A stretch of 64,000 nt of DNA from the human T2T-CHM13v2.0 reference genome, Homo sapiens, in assembly GCF_009914755.1 (NCBI RefSeq), contig NC_060947.1. One strand, written 5' to 3'. Shown piece after piece: positions 1 to 15,689 of the stretch. Within the stretch, counting starts at the first letter, position 1; every line of letters begins with the position of its first letter. Position numbers and translations under genes: made by a program. The notes beneath the pieces were generated by a model. It ran no database searches and was not told the DNA's origin. It worked only from the letters and a program-made list of their open reading frames with translations.

Positions 1-140
1 TAAATTCAACATCTAACTCCACTATTAACTAGTTGGGTGATCTTTATCTCATTGCCAGTTTTCTCCTTTTTAAAATGGGAAGAACAACAATATTTGCTGT
101 GGCTTCTTCACAGGGTTATTGTGAGGGCAAGTGAGAAAAT
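1..140 (+). mobile_element. MIR fragment
   Basis: Degenerate core (tagttgggtgatcttt...cagttttctcctttttaaaatggga). Confidence 0.6.
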
Positions 141-154
141 AGGCATAAACACAC

Positions 155-330
155 ATTATAAAATAAAATATGATATATATATTTTATCTATGATATATTT
201 TATCTATGATATATTTTATCTATGATATATATATTTTATATATATGATATATATAAAATGTATATAAAAATATATATATAAAATAAAATATATATATTTT
301 ATAAACTAAAATATGATATATTTATATATT
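155..330. repeat. AT-rich low-complexity repeat
   Basis: TATGATATATTTTATC-type units and (TA)n. Confidence 0.85.
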
Positions 331-1085
331 GTGAAGTATTATAATTGTTAATTGTAATAATAAGTATAAGTAACTTTTTAGATGTGGAAGACAATATTGC
401 ATTTAATATTAGTGGCATTTATTGGTCCAGTGAAATTATTACAACTGTAGATTTTAGTGTATACTTCTGATTCTCAGATAAAATTTGCAGACATGTTTTG
501 ATGTACTTTATGAAGATAAGAGTAATTCAGCTGAATTAGACTCTAGCTTTTTCTTACAACTGGTCACTTTTCATGAGTGTAAAAACAGGTGGTTTATCCA
601 ATTCTGAAATACCTTTTAGGTGACAACCCTGTAACATTTCATATGTGAGGCGGTTGTCTAGATGTTACATTCCAGATATCTATAGTTTAAAGAATATAAA
701 ACTTTTTAACATTAGGAATTTGCCAAAAACATTCTGTAATCATCCTGAGTAACAGGGATGGGAAAGTTTTTGTGATACGTTTTATTTTCTCTAATCTTGA
801 AGTTAAACTAATTGGTCCAATTTTTAAAATAGTGAATAACAAAGACTGGAGGAGCCAGAATAGAGGAGCAACTTGAGGCTCAGTGAACTGCCCAGATATC
901 AAGGAAGAAGGAGGCACACAGTATGCAGATTCTCCAGGGGAGAAGACTTAGAGTCTCTACAAATTATAAGAAGTAGGGGAGGAGGAAAGACAGTGATGGA
1001 AGGAGGAAGAGAAGTAATGTTTGTGGGTAACTACTTGACAAGTATTTTAAGTTTTGCAGTTTTAATTTAGTTTAGTTTAATTGAA

Positions 1086-1388
1086 TTTTTGAGACAGGGT
1101 CTTGCTGTGTCTCCCAAGCTGGGGTACAGTGGCACAGTCAAGGCTCACTGCAGCCTTGACCTCCTGGACTCAAGTGATTTTCCCACCTTAGCTGCCTGAG
1201 TAATTGGGACCACAGGCTCCCATCACCTTGCCTGGCTAATTTTAAACATTTTTTTGAAAAGTTTTTTGTAGAGACGAGGTCTCCCTGTGTTGCCCAGGCT
1301 GGTCTCAAACTCCTGGGCGCAAGTGATCCTCCTGCTTTCGCCTCCTCAAAGTGTTGGTATTACAGGTGTGAGACACCACGCCTGGCCA
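1086..1388 (-). mobile_element. AluJ-type SINE
   Basis: Reverse-complement Alu dimer (gagacagggtcttgct...cacgcctggcc). Confidence 0.92.
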
Positions 1389-1414
1389 AGTTTGGAAGTT
1401 TTAAAAACATGTTC

Positions 1415-1985
1415 TACAAGTCCATCAATGAATGAATAGATAAAGAAAATCTGGTATATATACACAATAGAATACAATTCAGCCATAAAAAAGAAAATCT
1501 TGTCATTTGGGACAACATGGATGAACCTGGAGAACATTATGTTAAATAAAATAAGCCAGACATAGAAGATAAATACTGTTTTGTCTTCATATGTGGAGTG
1601 TAAAAAAAGTTGAACTCATGGGAGCAGAGAGTAGAATGATGTTTGCCAGGGGCTGGGGTAAGGAGGAGACGTTTGTCAAAGGATCCAAAATTTCAGTTAG
1701 ACAGGAGGAATAAGTTCAAGAGATCTATTGTACAACATGGTGAATGTGGTGAATAACAATATATTGTATTCTTGAAAATTGTCAAGAGTAGATTTTAAGC
1801 GTTGTCACCACAAAAATAACTATGTGAGGTAATACATATGTTAATTAGTTAACATATGTAATATGTAATACATATTAAATGTATTACATGTTAAAATGTA
1901 ATACATTTCACACTGTATACATGTTTCAATAAAGCATCATATACACAATAAATATATGCCATTTTTGGTCAACTAAAAATAAGTT
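1415..1985 (+). mobile_element. L1MA-type LINE 3' end
   Basis: gtccatcaatgaatgaatagataaagaaaat...acaacatggatgaacctggagaacattatg and L1MA-like 3'UTR. Confidence 0.85.
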
Positions 1986-2019
1986 AATTTTTAAAAACCA
2001 TGTCTATTGATAGAGGACT

Positions 2020-2810
2020 GTTTTTTATTTCAATAGCTTTTGGGGTACAGGTGGTTTTTGGTTACATGGATAAGTTATTTGGTGGTGATTTCTGAGAGTT
2101 TGGTGCATCCGTCACCTGAGCAGTGTACACTGTACCTAATATGTAGTCTTTTATTGCTCACTCTCCACACATCCTTTCCCGGTGAGTCTCCAAAGTCCAT
2201 TATATCATTCTTATGCCTTTGCATCCTCATAGCTCAGCTCCCACTTATTAGTGGGAATGTACAACATTTGGTTTTCCATTCCTGAGTTACTTCACTTAGA
2301 ATAATGGCCTCCAGCTGCATCCAAGTTTCTGCAAAAGACATTATTTCATTGTTTTTATGGCTGAGTAGTATTCCATGGTGCATATATACCACATGTTCTT
2401 TATGCATTCATTGGTTGATGAAGACGTAGATTGGTTTCATATTTTTGCAATTGTGAATTGTACTGCTATTAATATAAATGTCTGTGCATGTGTCTCTTTG
2501 TATAATTGCTTATTTTGTTTTGGGTAAATGCCCAGTTGTGGGATTGTTGGATCAAATGGAAGTTCTACTTTCAGTTCTTTAAGGAATCTCAATACCGTTT
2601 TCCATAGTGGTTATACTAGTTTACATTCCCACCAGCAGTGTAAAAGTTCTCCCTTTTTATCACATCCATGCCAACATCTTTTTTTTTTTTTTTAATTATG
2701 GCCATTTTTGCACAAGTAAGGTGGTATTTCATGGTGGTTTTAATTTGCATTTCCCTGATAATTGGTGATGTTGAGCATTTTTTCATATGTTTGTTGGCTG
2801 TTTGTATATC
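2020..2810 (-). mobile_element. L1PB-type LINE 3' end
   Basis: tttcaatagctttttggggtacaggtggtttttggttacatgg... reverse L1PB 3'UTR and ORF2 end. Confidence 0.88.
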
Positions 2811-4889
2811 CGATAGAGGACTATTTAATCTGGGAAATAATCACCGTGAGACCAAAGCAAGATGCATATGATATAAAATAAGACTTCATAACCTAAACCG
2901 ATCTGCCAGTGGGAAGAATACATTTTGAAGAGGCTTCAGTGTCTTTCCATGGCTGGATCAACAATCTGCTGAGGTAGAATTTCAGAGGAAACAAGAATAG
3001 TTTTGTAGTCAATGCAGGGTATTAAGGGCCTCCTAAAGAGATTAAATGAAAACCTTATTGTAGTCCACTACTACTTTATTAATGTGGCAGGCATATTTTG
3101 CTTTTCAAATTTTTCATTTAATCTTGTATTTGTGAATATTACTAAATGTCTTGGGATTAAGGACTTTTAAAAAGCCTTGTTTACAAAGCCCGTTATTCAG
3201 TTCCCTGCAGCAACTCAGAAAGGAGTCTATATATCTACCCTACAGGCCTCCTTATTACATAGAAGTTTAAAAAAGGAAAAGGAGAGCTGGAAGTTTTAGG
3301 AGGAACTTGGCCAAAAGGAAGAGAGATGTTTGCAATCGCTCCTTCACCTTTGCCACAACCATTTTCATATCCCTCTCCCTTGATCCCTTGGTGATGATTA
3401 TCTTAGGGACAGGACACAGTAGTAGCTCCCCCTAGCTCTGGCTTCTTCCAGTTCTTTAGGCTTTTCTCCCACTCTGTCTGCCACTGCCTTTGCCTGTGGT
3501 GCTGCTTTTCCTCAATTGGGCTGTTTAAAGCCCATCCCATCTGTTAAAGCTCATCTCAAATGCATCCCTGTCATCCCTTCCACCATGAGCAAGAAACAAA
3601 TTTTTCAGCAATCTCTGCTATTTCCACGTCTGAATAGTCAGTAGCGACATCACAAAATCCTGTCAACTCCAAGGTCTAGAGGAGGAGGGAGAGGGAACAA
3701 AGCCCCTAGATGTTTTGTGAGGAAGGGCCTGTCTGTCTCTAACATCAACAATACTTCACTTGTCTATTGGGTCCAACCACCAGGCATAGTCATTTGCTTA
3801 TATCTTCACAATGTGGTACATGAATATGGCCAGGTTAACTGGGCTCTGTGCAAGCCCCATGGTAAAGATTCCCTGGCTTTCTCTGTGTGAATAGCTTGTA
3901 AAAGTATCATTGATTATGAGGCTGTTTTTCACTTTTTTTGTAAAAAACTCATGCCCAAATCATATCAGGTAATGTAAAGCTGGACAAGCAAGAATGCATT
4001 ACTTTTCTAGGGGAATGGAAATTTTCTCACCACTGTGCAATTAAAGCAGAATAAAGAGAAAACACTCTTGCTTCAGAAACTGGTAAGACCTTAGCTTTCA
4101 TTCTTAGTCCTGATTTCAAGTATTTGAGTTTGTCAAAACTGCCTGTCACTTGTCCTTCCCTCATCTGTGTGTCCTTTTCTCACATACATCTACTCAAAAT
4201 GATATAATGACTACATTCAACTGGGAGCCTCCTGAGTTAATTCGGCCCTTTAGCCATCTCATGCTTAGTGTGCTGAAATTGATGGTTGAGGAGGCATCAA
4301 ATAAGCTATCTACATCAAATAAGCCTGCTACAACCAGAAAAAAATCCCAACAAAGTAAGAATTAGTTATTTTAATTATTTAACATAAAATGTAAAGTTTC
4401 TGATATATTTGGCTAGATGATATGATTAAATTGCTGATAACATAATTTTGTTTGTTACATACATAAATAGAAAAGGAAGATCAGTTTCTTTGTTGTTTTC
4501 AGGATTAAATACTTTTTCGAAAATTAAGAAAAGGGAAAATTAGGACAGATGCCACCTTTTCAACTACCAGTCTCTTTCAGGATAGTGAGAGCAGACTAAG
4601 ATTCCAGAGTCTGTACTAATTAGAGTCTATGCTACTAATTATCAGTATAATTTGGGATAAGCCTTCCACTCTTGGGCCTCAATTACCTTGTTAGTAGATC
4701 AAGACATTGGACCAAATATCTATGGGCACTTTCAGCTTTGAGTGTTTGTAACTTCGTGAAACATCTTCGCCTTTATTTTTTTATACAGGGCCATGTTGGA
4801 GTGATAACCAATAGGGAAGTAACAGCCATATACTTTTGGGGGGTATGTCTTTGAGCATAATCTCATGGTGGAAGAGTGCCTTAGCTTCT

Positions 4890-5497
<608 letters not shown>

Positions 5498-6799
5498 AGA
5501 CAGTTATTCCTGTTATATTTGACCTGAGTTCCAGTTCAAAAACCTCCCAAGGTTGAAACCATCCAAACTAGTGGCACTTAGTCTTGGATGCACACTGGAA
5601 TCACACTGGCATATTATGAAAAATAATGATCCCTTCCTCCCCATGGTTCTAATTAAACTGACTCACAGTGACCTTTCTTATGTGCTCTGAATTTTTTCCA
5701 TAAGGCCATGGGTGGTGTAATCATAAAAAAAAAGACTTTGTTATATGAATGCCAGAAACTTGTGTACATCCAAATTGGACAGCTACTGGATTAAGGGGGC
5801 ATGAATCACTGAAGCAGGCTTAGCCCTGACTCTTAACCAGTCTCAAGGGCAAAACTGTTTCTCTCTTCAGTACTCAAAAATCTAGCAAACAGACAGGAAA
5901 TCGTACCTTGAATTAATTCTGTCTTAGCTGCTGCTTCTTGTTTGAGTTTCTGAAAATCAGCTTATTATACTGCATCTTGTCTCCCAGGGAGATACTTGAC
6001 ATTGCTTGGTCTGTTTTCAGAGGGGAAAATGGAGCTCAAGGAGTGTGGCTATCTCCTAGGTAAAGAAAATTTCTTCCAGCAGATTTTTTTTTTTCTACTG
6101 GGGGATTTTTTTGGACTCCTAATATATTGAAGGAAGTAAAAGTAGACAATGTGGCTTGATAGAAATTGGACGGACCTCTAACATGGAGCAAGCAGCCATC
6201 GATTTCATGTTGATTTCTGATAGCATAGGCTGTTTTTTTTTTAGCCTCACCCTCAAATTTTGGGGTTCACCCTCACTGAAGTCTGCCATCCCTATATGCT
6301 CATAAGATCTATAGTTACTTGTGGTTGGATCCTAGATATGGGCCTTAGGTAAGAAGGGAAGCTGCTCCTTTCCTTTCCTAGTTGTCCTCTTGATTCTCAG
6401 AGCCGTAGGTACTTGCCCAACTTCTATGGTTGACTAAAATCGGAGTCCCGGTAATGAATTTAGAACAGATTTTCAAAATAACTAAAAACCTAGGCTTTTA
6501 AATCAGACTCTATTGAATTGTATCTTCTGATCCTGGTAAGTCACAGAACTTCCTGACACTACAGGTGCTTGAAAAAGAGGTGCTGAGCTACTGTGATCAT
6601 GAATGTCCATATTTGGTGCCATCTTTAGTGGTGGTAATATCTTGGCAAGGTAGTAGAGAGTTGATAAAAGCTCCAGTAAATAATCTTGTGTGTCCACAGT
6701 GCCTTAAAACTCTACCAATCCTCTGCCCAAGGTTTTTGATCAAATACTACTTCCCTGAGTGCAAGATTAAGTTAAAGGTGTATTCGTTGTTTGAGTTGT

Positions 6800-7010
6800 T
6801 TTGGAGTGGCTCTGCCACTTACTAGCTATATGGCCTTGGGTAAGTAACTTAACTTCTCTGAGCTCCACTTGTAAAATAGGAATCATAATATCCACTGCAT
6901 AGTTTTGTGAAGCTTTCATGAGTTGCTCTACCTATTTTCCACACTTTGCACGGTGATGCCTCCAGAACAGAAGCTAAAGAAATGTTTGTAGAATGAATAG
7001 ATGAATTTAT
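6800..7010 (+). mobile_element. MIR plus L2 tail fragments
   Basis: ctctgccacttactagctatatggccttgggtaagtaacttaacttctctgagc; aaatgtttgtagaatgaatagatgaat. Confidence 0.7.
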
Positions 7011-8903
7011 GAATATTAATCTTGTGAAAGTATATGCTTACAGAATTGCCCTCTGTTTGGGTCAGTCTAAAGGTACCAGAGTTTAATTTGGTAGCTAATT
7101 GTCAAAGCCTAATTAGTTTCTCTATCAAATACTTAGACTCAGCATATCTCCATTCCCCTGGCATTTTCATAAAATAGAGGCTAGACATTGATGGGAAGCT
7201 GGGAAAAGCACCTTCTACCACAGTACACATTTTGCAGAGATAGAGATATTTTAGGGGGGTCAGATTGTCCCTAAATATGAAAGATAAATGAGGGTAAGTT
7301 CTAGTCAAATATAAATAAATTTTACTAAATAAGGAGTCATTAAAATGGACAAGTACATATTGGATCAGTATTTAAATATTATTGAGACATGTACATGTAA
7401 GTGCTTGAAAAAAAAGTAGAATTCTCTGAACTACTTATATAAACCCCTGCCCAAAATAGAACAATAAGTAACTAGGGCCTAACTTTTTTAGAACAGCTGT
7501 AAGGGGATAGTACTATTAAGTCATCAAAGAGACATTACATGGAGCCATGGATTTAGATTATTTTTTGTGTCAGGTAAAGTTTGAAAAGATAAAATCACTG
7601 TTTGTTTTTTAGGACAGATTTTCTGCAAGTCCATTGTCATACTACAGTCATAACCTAAATCACATTTGAATGAAACTTTGAAATGAATGAAACTGGAAAC
7701 CTCTTGTACTTAGGTAGTTGTGGCTACAGTGAATAAAAATGACATGCTTTGCAGTTATGTAAAGTGTAGAAAGACTCAAGATCGAATGCCAATTAATAAA
7801 GCCAAGTCACCTGCACAGCTTCATTTTATTATTTTTTAATCTCATAAATTATTTTCTCTTGGCATCTCCATCCTAGAAGCTCTATGGAATAGGGGAAGGG
7901 AGCAGGAACTTGCAAGTGTATCGGGACGGAGTGAGAAAGAGAAAAGTAGATGCAACCAGAGTAAGGAGGCTGGATGTACAGCCAGTCCAGAAGGTGCTAT
8001 GGTGAGCTGGTTCACAGAGTCATTTGGGGCTTTACCCTAGCCCACATGCATAGGCAAACATAAAAACATATGCATTCACAATGTCATTATTTTCAATTTA
8101 GTTAACAGCTTTTCAAATCAACATGGTGTTTCATAGCAATTAACTGTAATTACAAATCCAAGAAACATTTTTTTTTCCTGGGTAATTACTTTCCTGATTC
8201 TTGTTCCATCATTTTCATTTAATTCTGAAAAAAATTTAACTGCCATTTTGACAAGTGTTTAGTGTTTTTAAACTGATTGTGTATACCCTATTACATAAGT
8301 ACTTTATGCATACATTTCTACACACTTTTCCCCAATCCAAAAATGTCTATAAATGTTTGCAGCGACTCCCTATCTGGAGGCTGGTTGCACACTTACTCTC
8401 ATGCCTATGATTGCTTGGAAGGGACTGTCACCACTGCCAAGGAAGAACATTTTTGACAATAGAACTGTCAATTAATCAGTGGCAGACGAGAGAAGAATTG
8501 GCTCCATATTTTCTGATGGCGACTGGCCACTTGGCAGCCAGCCACCAAGTGAGTTATTGATCCATTGGAACTCAGCCTACTTGGATTGCCATGATGGGGT
8601 TTCTGTCAGCAGGTTATTACAACCGTGCGCCTTGAGGAGATGAAAAAAATTTAAAAAGACAAACTTAACAGGTTTAAACTATCTAAAGTGAACTATATGA
8701 TAGGCATTGGCAAGCTGAATGGCAGAAATACTGACCCCTTGGATTTAGATGTATTGAATGAGTCTCTGAAATTCAATTAACTGGCCCAGATAGCAACTGA
8801 AATGCTGTTTGTGGTGAGGAGGGAGAAGATTAAACAGTACTGATACTTGCAATGAGTTCTTAATTAGAAGGGCAGAATAAACGGAGGGACACCAAAGAGA
8901 TAG

Positions 8904-9282
<379 letters not shown>

Positions 9283-9749
9283 TAAATTATATCATGTGTG
9301 TCAAAGCATCTAGGACTGTACTTGACACTGAGTTGGTTCTCTGAAATGTCATTTCTCTTTTTTCCTATAAATCTTAGGGTTGTGTTATTTTATAAAGAAC
9401 CGAGTTTTGAGGATCATTTCATTCTCAGAAAATTTATTTTTATGTATTCATGATGGCATAGGAATGACTAATTATTAACCTGTAGACCTATGTCTTTTTT
9501 ATGAACTTTTAAAACCTTTCTACCATTGTGCTATAATATAAGCATATTAACCTATTATTTATCTTACCAGGTGCTAAGATAATGACCAGGTGCTGTAATT
9601 ATTTTATTTTAAAATTATCAATTATTTTATTTTCAATGATTTAAAATTGTGATGTGAAAGGAATACTAGAATTGGAATACAATTGCACTGGCCAATAAAT
9701 GCAGATTTTTCTAGAATATGTTCAGCTATTGTGTAAAAATGATGTATGA

Positions 9750-10086
<337 letters not shown>

Positions 10087-10329
10087 TAGGTTTTTATCCC
10101 TTTGTTCTATTCTCTTGGAAGACGTTGATATTTGCTCTCCTAATTTCTACCGTGGCAAGGCAAAGAACAATGAATTACCTCTAATGGTGCTACTGACAGT
10201 GACAACTGATGGCTGCTTGTCTGTATTGGTGTGAATGATAAGCCTGGTAAGCTCACAGCCATTCTATCACACACAACTCACCTCAGCCTAGATGGCTGAT
10301 TTCTCCATGGCTCAGCTTCTTTCATTTAT

Positions 10330-11028
<699 letters not shown>

Positions 11029-11089
11029 CGTGTATTCTTTGGGAACACCTATGAGCCCAGCATTAAGGGGCTACACTCATTGTGACAAA

Positions 11090-11860
11090 TAATTCATTCA
11101 GAAAGTATTTATTGAGTCTATTTACTGGACCAGAGACTCTGCTAGGTGACAGGACCATGGAGATACCCCTAAGACATAGCTCCAACCATAGGGTGCTGAT
11201 AGTCTAACAAGGGAGCTAAGACCTGTCTGTAGATAACTCTAAAACAAAATAACCCAAGTGTCACAAGGAAGAAAAAAATTGCTCTTGGAGTTGAGAGAAG
11301 GAAGGAAGTTGGGGAAATTCAGGAAAGGCTTGACTCTTTTTTTCATTCATTCAACATACACAGGAAAATGAGACTATACTAGGCTGGTAATACAAAGACA
11401 AAACACTATTTGATCTCAAGGAGTTTATCCTCTAGGGAAGGCAGATACTCAGACTAGTAACAGCATCCTGGGATAAGGTTAAGTGTTATGGACAACTGAG
11501 GTAAGAACAAAGTGATGTGGGAGCCTGGGGATTGCTCTCTTTAAGGAAAACAAGGAAGGAGTCATGGTCTAAGCACTCATTGAACTGGGTTTTCTTCAGT
11601 GAGCATATAGTCTAGTGAATGTGACTGCCACGCCCATGAATAATTCCAATACCAGGTAGAAAATGCCGAGTGCCCTACAAGAAACTCAGACATAGGGCTA
11701 TAAAGTAGGTTCAGAGGTGAGTGTGTTTACTTCTAGCTGGGGTCTCAGATAAGGATTTACCAAATAGATCAGATTGGAGGTGAGCTTTAAAAGCTAAGCA
11801 GAAGTTCAACAGGGAAAGGAGTGAGGGATGTGGTAAAACAGAAGAAATAGCTTGAATAGG
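11090..11860 (-). mobile_element. L2 fragments
   Basis: attcattcagaaagtatttattgag and ttcattcattcaaca reverse L2 tails. Confidence 0.65.
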
Positions 11861-12090
11861 CCGGGCGCGGTGGCTCACGCTTGTAATCCCAGCACTTTGG
11901 GAGGCCGAGGCGGGTGGATCACCTGAGGACAGGAGTTCAAGACTAGCCTTACCAACATGGAGAAACCCTGTCTCTACTAAAAATACAACGATTAGCTGGG
12001 CATGGTGGCATGCGCCTGTAATCCCAGCTACTTGGGAAGCTGAGGCAGGAGAATCACTTGAACCCGGGAGGCAGAGGTTGCAGTGAGCAA
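11859..12090 (+). mobile_element. 3'-truncated AluS
   Basis: ggccgggcgcggtggctcacg...gcagtgagc then (TA)n. Confidence 0.93.
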
Positions 12091-13576
12091 CCTATATATA
12101 ATATATATATATCTGGTCCTCAACAGCTAAAAATGGCCTAGCCAGAATGTTGGCAGCCAAGGCAAGTTGGGCAACCAATACAATGTCATGTCCGAGCTAG
12201 AGAGTTTCAAAGAGCTCCTCCATGTATGATATAAATCACATCAGGAGAGCTTGCAAACAGTAAGGTTCACCTGTGGTTAAACTTAAGGCTGTTCATAAAG
12301 TCTAGCAATAAAACTATTTCTTTCCCATGTACCAGGTGTCTTAGTTTTCACACTCCCACCACAACTTGAAATGTTTAATATGAAAGTGTGACTATCTGCA
12401 AGTAACACTAAAATATTGTCCCAGGAGGCTTGTTCACAAGAAATAGGCACAGCCTGGGAACAATGATCTGCAAAGCTCTGGAACCTGCTTTTGTTTGCAT
12501 TTACCCTCCTTGTAGTTTTGGACACACTCAAGTACAGCTGCATTTAGCAGCTGGTCCATGATTTGGTCTATTCTCATTGTGTCCCAAACTGCAGACTCTG
12601 CAGATGAATGTCAGTGTAAACATGACTCTTTCTGATGGGTTGCCCTAACCTTTGGTTCATTTAATCTGGTACTTGGTCATCACTAAGCACAAAGGCTGCT
12701 GTTACAAGACAGAGACATCTTAGTGAGTACTGGAAACACCCACAAATCTTCCCTCTCAAATGAGCTTTAGCACGTGAGCTCTGAGGTCCCTTTGCAGATT
12801 CACAAGCAGCTGGAAGTTTCTGAGACACTGAACAATTAAAATGGACCTCTTCTTGAGAACTCTGTGGCTTACACTGTCGAAGCTCTAAGCAAACGTTGTT
12901 TTGTAGGTTCAAAAGTTGGAACTCATACTGAATTGGAAAAATTATTGTATGTCTTAATCAGAAAAGGATTTAGGGTAGCTAGTAGCAGGCATTCTGCCAG
13001 GAGTCTCACAGCCCTCCAAGGTTTAAGCCTTAAGTATCTTCTTCCCAATTTATGTGTCGTGCATCATAAAATGGGTCTAAGATAACAACATGTTTAGATA
13101 AACATTAATTAAACCTTTAGCTAAAAAAATTGTTTGCCTCCTTAGAATATTTGTTGGAGAGGGGATGTTTTGGATGGGTCCTGTTTGTTTGAAAAGACTA
13201 CTCAAGGGAGTTTCCCAAAATAAATGTCCTTGTGGCAGAGACTCAAAATCATTCATAGAATAGAACTGGAAATGTAGAAATGAGAGAGCCCAAATTCAGA
13301 GGTGTTAGGTTCAGCAAACAGAGCATGACGTTTGGTTCGAGCCCACCTGTAGGACCTTGAGTAAGCCAATGTTTACACTCAGTTTCTGCATCTGAAAAAA
13401 TATGGCAAAGAAGATGTGCTTACATCACAGAATTGTGGTGAGGGAGGATTAACTAAAATACTATACTTTGGGAAATAGTTTGTAAATTTCAAAGTGCCAT
13501 TAAAATGTAATGAATTACTATTATAATCATCACTGTCTGAGGTCCTACAGCTTATAGCGACCTCGTCAGTTTTTCG

Positions 13577-13580
<4 letters not shown>

Positions 13581-13611
<31 letters not shown>
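13581..13611. repeat. (GA)n microsatellite
   Basis: About 15 GA units. Confidence 0.95.
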
Positions 13612-13612
<1 letters not shown>

Positions 13613-13626
13613 ACTCTTATCTTTCC

Positions 13627-13640
13627 CCACTAGATGGCAG
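13627..13640 (+). promoter_or_regulatory. CTCF-like motif
   Basis: CCACTAGATGGCAG matches the CTCF core CCASYAGRKGGCRS. Confidence 0.6.
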
Positions 13641-13958
13641 GCGAGCCACTTGGTAAAGTACTGATTGGCTTAGGACTCTAGAAACCACAGCAGGATTTTG
13701 GTTTGTGAAGCAGCGTAGCAATGGACAAAGGGTGAATTAGAAGTCATGAAAAGCAGAGACAGCCTGTATCCCATCGGTTTGCAGTTTACCAGCATTTCGT
13801 GTGTATGAAAACATGGTCTTTTTCTTTTGACTGTGAGAAAAATGATAGCTAAACAAATAATTTATCTAAGAAGGAAAATGTTGAGCCCACTCAATTACAG
13901 CTAACAGACTTAACGATTATTTGTAACACCACTTTATAGGTAATGTCTTCATCTATAT

Positions 13959-14283
13959 CAGGGATTGACAAACTGCTTCTGTAACAGTAAATATTTCTGG
14001 CTGTGAGGGTTAAATGGTTTATGTTGAAACTATTCAGCTTTGCCACTAGCAGAAAAGCAGCTTGAGACAATATGAAAATAAGTGGGCATGAATAGGTTAC
14101 TATAAACGTTTATTTATGGACACCGAATTTTGAAATTCACATAACTTACACTTGTCACAAAATATTCTTCTTTTGATATTTTTTGAGCACTAAAAAATGT
14201 AAACATTATTTTTAGGTGAAAGATTGTACAAAAAATGACCATAGGCGTGATTTGACTGGCAAGCAGTAGTTTGCAGATCCCTG
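13959..14283. mobile_element. MER58B-like hAT-Charlie MITE
   Basis: TIRs cagggattgacaaact ... agtttgcagatccctg. Confidence 0.75.
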
Positions 14284-14481
14284 GGCTAATGTTAAAGACT
14301 TCTTAGCTATCAGATTAGCAGTCTCCTTAATCTATATATTTATAACTCTCATAACACATATTTCAATGTGGTTAGTATATTTTTTGCATGTATAAATTAC
14401 TAAAAATCCATGTGATATTTTTGCCTACATCTGTTATTGTCTTGTTTGTTAAAGACTATAGACAAAAAAATTCAAGTAGTA

Positions 14482-14854
<373 letters not shown>

Positions 14855-15689
14855 TCAGTTAAAAAACTAAAAACAAAAGGGATTCACTGCTTTCTCTGAG
14901 ACTCAATTTTAACTGGGTGAACTAAATTGCTAAGTCTGATATTTGTTCTTGTACTGACCGATCCTCATTTATTAAGGCCTTAATAAATGAAGTTGAATAT
15001 CTGAAGACAAGACTTCTCCAGTAAAATATGTCTTTGGGGAATTGGGAGAAATATGGATCTTCACTGGCCTGGTTGTTTTCCGTGCACTTTAACGCATTAA
15101 AACAACTGTATGGCATTAACAGCTGTTTTTCACATCCATTTTCTAGAAGAACAAATTCTGAGCTGCCAGTCTCAGTTGAACAAGCCATTTAAAATGCTTT
15201 GTAAGAATCTCAGAGTAACCTGTGGACAAGCACTTGCCATTTTATGTTGCGAAGGGCTTCAGAGAAATTTGAGGTCTTATAAAGGAATTGAGTAGGAACA
15301 GCAAATAAAATCCTCCCAGGCTGGCGTTCTGTGAAACTGAGCTTCCTTCAGGCCGTTTCACAACAGAAACTCGGTCCTCCTCTGAAAGCTTTTTTATACC
15401 CCTTGATGGAGGTGTCAAGCGTGCACAGGCAGCAATTCGTAGGGCCTGCTTTAGAGAGGTTTCTTTTTGTGTGTATCTGTTAGGATTCACTACTGGTATT
15501 AAATATTAACCCACATTTAATTTGCCTCGTGACTTTTCACGACAGATATTGAATGTTAAATACTCTCCAAATCGGATGTTTTTTCCAGTTTTAAGATTTG
15601 ACGCCCTTATGATCGAATCCATCCACGACTTTTACAGTTATTGAATAACCAACAGACCCTTGGAGGGTCTCTTACCGCTCTGGACTTGA

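Noticed and set aside
1833-1860. Perfect 12-bp inverted repeat tacatatgttaa-ttag-ttaacatatgta
   Set aside because: AT-rich local rearrangement within an L1 3'UTR, with no supporting context.
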